Of a DNA stretch of 64,000 bases, positions 9,739-16,336 are shown piece by piece. Positions within the stretch are counted from its first letter, which is position 1, and the number at the start of each line of letters is the position of its first letter. The position numbers and the translations under genes are program-made. The stretch is from positions 7,533 to 71,532 of the forward strand of contig JACREZ010000033.1 in NCBI GenBank assembly GCA_016212665.1. The letters are read 5' to 3'. Source of the stretch: Ignavibacteriota bacterium. Lineage in GTDB: Bacteria; Bacteroidota; Ignavibacteria; UBA10030; SZUA-254. Below the pieces are notes generated by a model. The model worked only from the letters and a program-made list of their open reading frames with translations, ran no database searches and was not told the DNA's origin.

Positions 9739-9812
<74 letters not shown>

Positions 9813-10006
9813 ATGTACTTTAGTGATTCGTTAATTAGTTAATTGGTGATTTGAAGTAAGTGATATTGTTTATTTATTCAAATTCACTAAGTAACTAATC
9901 ACTAATTAACCATTTAACTAAATTGCGGTGCAAATATACCAAAATATGGCTTGAGTGACAAACGACTCTTTGCATTTCAAACCTATTTGTAGTTTCTTTC
10001 ACTGTA

Positions 10007-10161
10007 GGGGGCTGTCTCAAAAGTTGATAGGACAGGCATTCCTGCCTGTCACGTTTGTGAATATGATAAGTTTTCGACAGACAAGAAGGTCTGTCCTACC
10101 GTCATTTGTGCCTTATGAGACAGCCCCTTCCATATCAAAAAACGCAGACATAAAGTCTGCG
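10007..10161. repeat. nested palindromic element built from GACAG/CTGTC words (candidate structured RNA or REP-like element)
   Basis: - Outer 12-bp perfect stem GGGGCTGTCTCA (10008-10019) / TGAGACAGCCCC (10116-10127).
- Inner hairpin GACAGGCA-ttcc-TGCCTGTC (10031-10050).
- Inner hairpin GACAGAC-aagaag-GTCTGTC (10076-10095).
- Competing pairing TAGGACAG (10028-10035) / CTGTCCTA (10091-10098).
- Trailing hairpin CGCAGAC-ataaa-GTCTGCG (10143-10161). Confidence 0.6.
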
Positions 10162-10255
10162 GCTACTCATATCGGACTTTTTGGACAACCTCTTACCACT
10201 TAGTTATTGAAAACATGCCCATACAGACAAAAATACAGTCGGATAACTTAGTTTT

Positions 10256-10700
10256 ATGCCCGAAAAAGAATCTTTTGTTTCAGGAAAACAATCTTTTATG
10301 TCAAGAAAAGAATCTTTTATTTCGGGAAAAGATATTGTTTTGCCGGAAAAAGATTATAAACTTGCCATGAAACATTATTTTATACCCAAAAAAGATTCTT
10401 TTATTTCGGGAAAAAATAATGTTATGCCGGAAAAAGATTATAAAACTGCCATGAAACATTATTTTATTCCTGAAGAAAATAATGTTCTTCAGGAATAAAA
10501 TTATTTATTTTGGGAAAAAGATAATTTTATACAGGAAAAACTTCCGGAAATACCGGAGAAAAATTATTTATTTCAGGAAAAAAATAGATTTATTCTGGAA
10601 ATAATTTATTTTATTTGGGAATAAATTAAATAAATACGCGTATTTCAAGGAAAAATATGCATGTTTTGGGAAAAAATACCTTTATTTTGGTTTGTTTTTG
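10256..10700. repeat. array of about 20 degenerate tandem units, period about 21 nt (GGAAAA..N..TTTTATTTC), with an embedded ~83-nt higher-order duplication
   Basis: GGAAA-type anchors at about 10259, 10282, 10302, 10323, 10343, 10366, 10385, 10407, 10427, 10450, 10469, 10490, 10511, 10532, 10553, 10575, 10595, 10616, 10646 and 10667, plus one off-phase extra at 10544. 10303-10384 is repeated at 10386-10468. Confidence 0.85.
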
Positions 10701-10902
10701 AGGATTTGTAGAAAAATCAAGGCAAACAGATTGCTACTCAAATAAAATTCAAAGGAATGTGCTCTAAAATCCTCTACGCCAGCAGATATCTTCATGTTCT
10801 CATATTTCCAGTATTATCATCCTTTCATCTCGAACCACGAACCGCGAACCCCTAACCTCTAACCAATTAACCACTCACCAATCAACTACTCACTAACCCA
10901 AG

Positions 10903-10933
10903 TTGTCTTTCATCAAAAATTTCAGTATTTTTG
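10903..10933 (+). promoter_or_regulatory. candidate Bacteroidota-style promoter for rplM-rpsI (TTG ... TAnnTTTG)
   Basis: TTG at 10903-10905 and TATTTTTG at 10926-10933 with a 20-nt spacer, about 55 nt upstream of the rplM start. Motif match only. Confidence 0.3.
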
Positions 10934-10987
10934 TGAGCCTTTTTTCGGCAACCTTTTCAAATTTTTTCAATTTAAGGACTTTTTTAA

Positions 10988-11431
10988 GTGGCTTTAGCTC
11001 AAAGACTCACTCATTCGTTCAGAACGGATGAAATAACAAAGAAATGGTACATCGTTGATGCTGAGGGGAAAACTCTCGGTCGGATTGCATCGCGTGTTGC
11101 CAGCATTTTGTACGGAAAACATAAACCGCAATTTACTCCCAATGCCGACACAGGCGATTTTGTTGTCATTATCAATGCCGATAAAGTAAGAATAACCGGT
11201 AAGCGTGCGGAATTGAAAACGTACTTCCATCATACGCTTTATCCCGGCGGCGCAACGGTTGAGGAATTCAAAAATCTCATTAAAACAAAGCCGGAAAAAG
11301 TATTTATGCATGCTGTGAAAGGGATGATTCCTCACAACCGTCTTGGCGCTCAAGTTATTAAAAAGTTGAAAGTGTATCGTGGAACGGAGCATCCGCATCA
11401 GGCACAACAACCCGAAGTTCTCAGTTTTTAA
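10988..11431 (+). CDS. rplM: 50S ribosomal protein L13
   Basis: 147 aa, GTG start. ...KKWYIVDAEGKTLGRIASRVASILYGKHKPQFTP...GDFVVIINADKV is canonical L13. Confidence 0.95.
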   Translation: MALAQRLTHSFRTDEITKKWYIVDAEGKTLGRIASRVASILYGKHKPQFTPNADTGDFVVIINADKVRITGKRAELKTYFHHTLYPGGATVEEFKNLIKTKPEKVFMHAVKGMIPHNRLGAQVIKKLKVYRGTEHPHQAQQPEVLSF

Positions 11432-11440
11432 GGAGTAGGA

Positions 11441-11839
11441 ATGCACAGTCATCATCATGTAGAAGTAACTGTTGGACGCCGGAAAACGGCAGTCGCCCGA
11501 GTAACCGTGTTAGCCGGAAGCGGGAAAATCACCATCAACAACAAATCACTCGAACAATTTTTCCCGGTTGATACACAACAGGCAGAAGTGTTATTGCCTT
11601 TCGTTGCAACCGAAACAAGCGGGCAATATGATGTCAACGTCAATGTGGACGGAGGCGGAGTAAATGGTCAGGCAGGAGCGATTAAATTAGCAATTGCAAG
11701 AGCATTAGTAACCAGCAACGAAGAGTTTCGTTCAAAACTTCGCACGTTCGGATTGTTGACCCGCGACCCGAGAATGGTCGAACGTAAGAAATACGGGCAG
11801 AAGAAGGCTCGTAAGAGATTCCAATTCTCGAAACGTTAG
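11441..11839 (+). CDS. rpsI: 30S ribosomal protein S9
   Basis: 132 aa. [10 protein letters not shown]...[19 protein letters not shown]...[32 protein letters not shown]-like SD upstream. Confidence 0.95.
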   Translation: MHSHHHVEVTVGRRKTAVARVTVLAGSGKITINNKSLEQFFPVDTQQAEVLLPFVATETSGQYDVNVNVDGGGVNGQAGAIKLAIARALVTSNEEFRSKLRTFGLLTRDPRMVERKKYGQKKARKRFQFSKR

Positions 11840-11854
11840 TCTTCGATGTGGGAT

Positions 11855-11892
11855 GTGCGATATGAGATATTATTTCATATCACATATCGCAC
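11855..11892 (+). terminator. hairpin downstream of rpsI (possible terminator or processing site)
   Basis: GTGCGATATGAGATAT-tatttc-ATATCACATATCGCAC. 16-bp stem with one mismatch, starting 16 nt after the rpsI stop. No clear U tract. Confidence 0.5.
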
Positions 11893-12047
11893 AACTCATA
11901 ACATTTTAATTAAATCAAACATACTTCCCGATCAAATCGGCAGTGTCCCGCTCCTCAGCGAGGTGCGGGATTCCGAAATGAAATGACGGAAGTAGAAGTC
12001 TACAACTTGTAGAGAAAACTAAACAAATAACCAAGGAGAAATACCAA

Positions 12048-12791
12048 ATGCCACGTGTAGAATTACTGGACTTGCTCAACGCAGGTTCTCATTTCGGACA
12101 CCTCACCCGCCGTTGGAACCCGAAGATGAAACCATACATCTTCATGGAACGGAACGGGATTCATATCCTCGACCTCAAAAAAACACAAATGCTTGTTGAA
12201 GAAGCATGCAACGCCATTGCAAAGATTTCTGCCGAAGGAAAACGAATTTTATTCGTCGGTACGAAACAGCAAGCCGGTTCGGTCATTGAAGAAGAAGCAA
12301 AGCGATGCGGACAGTTTTATGTCTCGGTCCGTTGGCTTGGCGGAATGTTAACCAACTTCACCACCATTCGTAAGAGCGTGAAACGTCTCACGAACATCGA
12401 AAAGATGGAAACAGACGGAACGTATGATAAAATCACCAAGAAAGAAATCCTGACACTCGATAGAGAAAAAGCAAAATTACAGGAAATACTTTCCGGCGTG
12501 GTTGAAATGACGAGACTTCCCGGCGCATTATTCGTCGTTGATATTAAGAAAGAAGATATCGCGGTGAAAGAAGCAAAGCGACTCGGAATTCCCGTGTTTG
12601 CAATCGTTGATACGAATTGCGACCCGTCAGATATTGATTACGTCATCCCGGCAAACGATGACGCAATAAAATCAATTCAGGTAATAACCAAAGCAATTAC
12701 CGATGCGGTTCTCGAAGGCGGAGAACGAACATCTGCACAATTTGAAGGCGCAGATATTCAGGCATTGGAAGAAAAAGAATCAGAAGAATAA
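12048..12791 (+). CDS. rpsB: 30S ribosomal protein S2
   Basis: 247 aa. [24 protein letters not shown]...GIHILDL...FVGTK...[18 protein letters not shown] upstream. Confidence 0.95.
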   Translation: MPRVELLDLLNAGSHFGHLTRRWNPKMKPYIFMERNGIHILDLKKTQMLVEEACNAIAKISAEGKRILFVGTKQQAGSVIEEEAKRCGQFYVSVRWLGGMLTNFTTIRKSVKRLTNIEKMETDGTYDKITKKEILTLDREKAKLQEILSGVVEMTRLPGALFVVDIKKEDIAVKEAKRLGIPVFAIVDTNCDPSDIDYVIPANDDAIKSIQVITKAITDAVLEGGERTSAQFEGADIQALEEKESEE

Positions 12792-12802
12792 ATAAACAGA
12801 AA

Positions 12803-13411
12803 TTGAACATGGAAATCACAGCAGAAATTGTAAAAAAATTACGCGACCAGACCGGAGCCGGAATGATGGACTGCAAGAAAGCGCTTGCAGAAACCAACGG
12901 CAATTTTGAAAAAGCAATCGAGTACCTTCGGAAGAAAGGCGCTGCCACTGCCGAGAAGCGCGCAGACCGCGCAACAAAGCAAGGCGTGGTTGAAGCATAT
13001 ATTCACGCAGGCGGACGTATCGGGACGATGGTCGAATTGAATTGTGAATCGGATTTCGTCGCGAAGACTGAAGAATTCAAAGCGCTCGCCAAAGATATTG
13101 CAATGCAGATTGCGGCGATGAACCCGTTGTATATTTCCCGTGAACATGTTTCTAAGGAAATCATCGAGCGGGAAATGGAAATTTACCGGACGCAGGCACG
13201 GAACGAAAAGAAGCCGGACGCAGTCGTCGAAAAAATTTCCGAAGGACGATTGGAAAAATATTTCCAGGAATTTTGTCTTATCGAACAATCCTTCATTCGT
13301 GAATCAAGCAAAACAATAAAAGATTTGATTCTTGAGATGATGGGAAAGACTGGAGAGAAAATATCCATCAGTCGTTTTCAACGCTATCATTTAGGCGAAA
13401 CAAGTCAGTAA
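12803..13411 (+). CDS. tsf: translation elongation factor Ts (short form)
   Basis: 202 aa in the track (TTG). The ATG at 12809 (MEITAEIVKKLRDQTGAGMMDCKKALAE) is the more likely start. UBA-like N-terminus plus the EF-Ts core. Confidence 0.9.
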   Translation: MNMEITAEIVKKLRDQTGAGMMDCKKALAETNGNFEKAIEYLRKKGAATAEKRADRATKQGVVEAYIHAGGRIGTMVELNCESDFVAKTEEFKALAKDIAMQIAAMNPLYISREHVSKEIIEREMEIYRTQARNEKKPDAVVEKISEGRLEKYFQEFCLIEQSFIRESSKTIKDLILEMMGKTGEKISISRFQRYHLGETSQ

Positions 13412-13417
13412 AAGATG

Positions 13418-13446
13418 AAGGTCTCAATTCAATGAGACCTTTTTTG
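13418..13446 (+). terminator. rho-independent terminator after tsf
   Basis: AAGGTCTC-aattcaat-GAGACCTT followed by TTTTTG. Confidence 0.8.
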
Positions 13447-13460
13447 TATATAGTTGAAGT

Positions 13461-14216
13461 ATGAGTACGAAACCAAAATACAAACGCATTCTTCTCAAAG
13501 TCAGCGGCGAAGCGTTGATGGGAAACAAAGACTTCGGCATTGACTCGACCGTGTTGAAGTGGTACGCAGAAGAAATTCACAGCATCCGCGAACTCGGCGT
13601 TGAAATCGGGATTGTCATTGGCGGCGGAAATATTTACCGAGGCGTCGAAAATTCTTCCGACGGCGTTGATAAAGTTACCGGCGACCAGATGGGAATGTTG
13701 GCAACGATTATCAACGGCTTGGCATTGCAAAGCGCACTGGAACATCACGGAGTGTTCACACGCCTACTGAGTTCCATCAACATGGAAGAAATTGCAGAAC
13801 CGTTTATCCGTCGGAGAGCAATCCGGCATTTGGAAAAAGGACGCGTGGTTATCTTCGGCGCAGGGACAGGCAACCCGTACTTTACAACCGACACCGCCGC
13901 CGCGTTACGTGCAGTTGAACTTCACGCCGATGTCATCATCAAAGGGACACGTGTAGATGGCGTGTATGATTCCGACCCGGAGAAAAATCCGAAGGCAACA
14001 ATGTTCCACGAAATTTCTTATGAAGATGTGTATGAGAAAAATCTCCGCATCATGGACCTCACGGCAATAACACTCTGCAAAGAAAACGATATGCCGATTG
14101 TTGTTTTCAACATGAACAAGCGCGGGAATCTTCTGCATCTCATTCAAGGAAAAAAGGTCGGAACGCTTGTTTCACCGGAAGTGAAGTCGCTGAAAAAGAC
14201 ATCGAAGAGAAAATGA
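13461..14216 (+). CDS. pyrH: UMP kinase
   Basis: 251 aa. [13 protein letters not shown]...[12 protein letters not shown]...[17 protein letters not shown]...[13 protein letters not shown]. Confidence 0.95.
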   Translation: MSTKPKYKRILLKVSGEALMGNKDFGIDSTVLKWYAEEIHSIRELGVEIGIVIGGGNIYRGVENSSDGVDKVTGDQMGMLATIINGLALQSALEHHGVFTRLLSSINMEEIAEPFIRRRAIRHLEKGRVVIFGAGTGNPYFTTDTAAALRAVELHADVIIKGTRVDGVYDSDPEKNPKATMFHEISYEDVYEKNLRIMDLTAITLCKENDMPIVVFNMNKRGNLLHLIQGKKVGTLVSPEVKSLKKTSKRK

Positions 14217-14258
14217 GTTTCTAATAATTCTTATTTGAGAACATATAGAAAGCATTCT

Positions 14259-14816
14259 ATGATAAAAACAATCATGAAAGAAATCGAAGATAAAATGCAC
14301 AAGGCTGTCGAAGTCGTTCGACAGGAATTTTCAAAAATCCGAACCGGGAAAGCAACAACCGGTTTACTCGACATGGTGAAGGTTGATTATTATGGTCAAC
14401 ACATGCCGCTGAAACAAGTTGCTAATTTAGGCGTGCTCGATGTTCACACACTCAGCATCACGCCGTGGGAAAAAACGATGGCGCAACCGATTGAAAAAGC
14501 AATCCTTGCCGCCAATCTCGGATTCAATCCCATTAATGACGGAACGATTATCCGAGTTCCTATACCGCCTCTGAACGAAGAACGGCGAAAGGAACTCGTC
14601 AAACTTGTAAAAAAGTTTGCTGAGGAAGGAAAGATATCAATCCGTAATATCCGCCGGGATGGAATAGAAAAATTAAAAAAAGCGGAGAAAGACGAACACT
14701 TCTCTGAGGATGAACGTAAGCGTGGCGAACAGGATGCTCAGAAGTTCACCGATAAATTTATCAAAGACATTGATGCGTTAGTCGTTCAAAAAGAAAAAGA
14801 AATCATGGAAGTGTAA
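14259..14816 (+). CDS. frr: ribosome recycling factor
   Basis: The track ORF starts at a TTG at 14235. The ATG at 14259 (MIKTIMKEIEDKM...) gives the usual ~185 aa. ...FSKIRTGKATTGLLD...IRVPIPPLNEERRKELVK. Confidence 0.9.
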   Translation: MIKTIMKEIEDKMHKAVEVVRQEFSKIRTGKATTGLLDMVKVDYYGQHMPLKQVANLGVLDVHTLSITPWEKTMAQPIEKAILAANLGFNPINDGTIIRVPIPPLNEERRKELVKLVKKFAEEGKISIRNIRRDGIEKLKKAEKDEHFSEDERKRGEQDAQKFTDKFIKDIDALVVQKEKEIMEV

Positions 14817-14837
14817 TCCATATAGTAACAATCTGCA

Positions 14838-14879
14838 AAGCCGATTCTCAATCGTTCGAGATTCGGCTTTCTCTTTTTC
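14838..14879 (+). terminator. rho-independent terminator after frr
   Basis: AAAGCCGA...TCGGCTTT stem with an internal imperfect extension, followed by CTCTTTTT. Confidence 0.7.
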
Positions 14880-14931
14880 ACCAACTCGAACTGTAACATG
14901 AATAACTCTTTTGCCGTAAGCAAGTGTAGCA

Positions 14932-15651
14932 ATGACTGAAAATCAACCATATAACCCGGAAACGAACGCCACGCAACCATCGCCGAGACGACTGTATAAA
15001 TCTCGTCGAGACAAAATGATTGATGGCGTATGCGGCGGAATTGCGGAATATTTTGAAATTGACCCGACGATTGTTCGGATTCTTTGGGTGTTGATTACGC
15101 TTGCCGGCGGTTCGGGAATCTTCCTCTACATTGCCGCAATGATAGTCATGCCTGCAAATCCTGAACATATCGGATTCAATACTTATGGTCAAGCAAATCA
15201 TCGGACTAAGTTTGACCACCGACGCTTTTGGGGAATCCTTCTGATATTGTTGGGCGCATTTATTTTGATTAGTAATCTCGGAATATTCGCGGCGTTCTCG
15301 TGGTGGAGTATTTCATGGAAAGTGATTTTCCCGCTTACAATTATTGCAGCAGGCATTGCTTTAATTTTAGTCGAGATGAAAAATCGTTCTCATGCACAAT
15401 CACCGATAACGGATTCAACCAGCACGGAAACTCCTTTTACGCCGACACCGAAGAAAGAACTCGTCCGCTCGATTCGTGACAGAAAAATTTTCGGCGTGTG
15501 CGGCGGCGTTGCAAAGTACCTCGGAATTGATTCGACGATTGTCCGGATTGTGTATTTAGTTCTCGTCTTTGCTTCATTCGGTTGGGGATTATTGCTGTAC
15601 ATTATCCTCACACTTCTGATGCCCGAAGAAAAACCAACTATTACAACCTAA
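14932..15651 (+). CDS. PspC-domain membrane protein (two PspC domains)
   Basis: 239 aa. LYKSRRDKMIDGVCGGIAEYFEIDPTIVRILWVL near the N-terminus and LVRSIRDRKIFGVCGGVAKYLGIDSTIVRIVYLV near the C-terminus, with TM helices between. Confidence 0.8.
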   Translation: MTENQPYNPETNATQPSPRRLYKSRRDKMIDGVCGGIAEYFEIDPTIVRILWVLITLAGGSGIFLYIAAMIVMPANPEHIGFNTYGQANHRTKFDHRRFWGILLILLGAFILISNLGIFAAFSWWSISWKVIFPLTIIAAGIALILVEMKNRSHAQSPITDSTSTETPFTPTPKKELVRSIRDRKIFGVCGGVAKYLGIDSTIVRIVYLVLVFASFGWGLLLYIILTLLMPEEKPTITT

Positions 15652-15662
15652 AGGTTCAATGT

Positions 15663-16193
15663 ATGCACAAACAAAATTTTTCATGGTTTGGAATTGCGCT
15701 TATAGTTTTCGGCGCGTTACTTTTGCTTATCAAAACCGACCTCCTCGATATTGATTTCTCCCAAGTAATATGGGCGGGATTGATGGTGTTAGGTCTTGGA
15801 ATTGTTGTACAGGGTTTTTCCCGTGATAAACGAGGGAAGGTGTTTTGGGGAACGGTCTTGTTTCTGTACAGTTTATATTTCTTTCTCCACGAATTTGAAT
15901 TTATTGAATACTACCATCACATCTTCCTCCCATCAACGATGATTATTTTCGGGATTGCTTTCTTCATGTTGTTCATCAGCAATGTGCGTGAGTGGGCTTT
16001 GATCATTCCATCGGTCTTCTTCATCGGGATTGGTGGTGCGTTTCTTCTCTCCGAGTTAGGCTATGTTGATTGTGACGAAGTGTGGAGTACGATGTGGGCG
16101 TATTGGCCCGTTCTTTTAATTGCTGTCGGACTTGGAATTCTCATCAAGCGAAGAACGCCAACTCAACCTCCTCCTCCTTCGGCTATAATGTAA
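15663..16193 (+). CDS. integral membrane protein, function unknown
   Basis: The track ORF 15582-16193 overlaps the PspC gene. The ATG at 15663 (MHKQNFSWFGIALIVFGALLLL) is 9 nt after the PspC stop. About 5 hydrophobic helices and a proline-rich tail. Confidence 0.6.
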   Translation: MHKQNFSWFGIALIVFGALLLLIKTDLLDIDFSQVIWAGLMVLGLGIVVQGFSRDKRGKVFWGTVLFLYSLYFFLHEFEFIEYYHHIFLPSTMIIFGIAFFMLFISNVREWALIIPSVFFIGIGGAFLLSELGYVDCDEVWSTMWAYWPVLLIAVGLGILIKRRTPTQPPPPSAIM

Positions 16194-16336
16194 TGATTGA
16201 AATGTTTAACCACTAAGAACACAAAGTCATACACGAAGTACCACAAAGAACAGGTGGTTTTTGGAACAACGCTCAATCCCTAACCGGGTAATTCAGATTG
16301 GGATTTTTGTTCTAATGATGACAAGTGCATAACACC

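Noticed and set aside
9929-9950. Shared AAATATACCAAA(A)TAT motif at 9931-9949 and 47146-47162 as a promoter (-7 box TAnnTTTG/A on the minus strand)
   Set aside because: There are only two copies, about 120-140 nt from the nearest downstream minus-strand features (tRNA-Arg and the 649-aa gene). It is plausible but too weak to call without TSS data.
9955-10203. 82-aa ORF over the GACAG palindromic element
   Set aside because: Its sequence (..GLSQKLIGQAFLPVTFV..RRSVLPSFVPYETAPS..) is just the palindromes read as codons. There is no SD or start context. I treat it as a non-coding element.
10256-10498. 80-aa heptad-repeat ORF in the 21-nt array
   Set aside because: The nucleotide repeat continues about 200 nt past the stop codon and starts before the ATG, so the periodicity is a DNA property. 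I kept it only as an alternative hypothesis in the finding.
10256-10700. Possible CRISPR array
   Set aside because: The units are about 21 nt, contiguous and degenerate, with no repeat-spacer alternation. No cas genes are in the window.
12697-13748. Minus-strand ORFs antisense to tsf and pyrH (12697-12948, 12839-13288, 13183-13368, 13368-13748)
   Set aside because: They are antisense to strongly conserved housekeeping genes and have no recognisable motifs. These are typical shadow frames.
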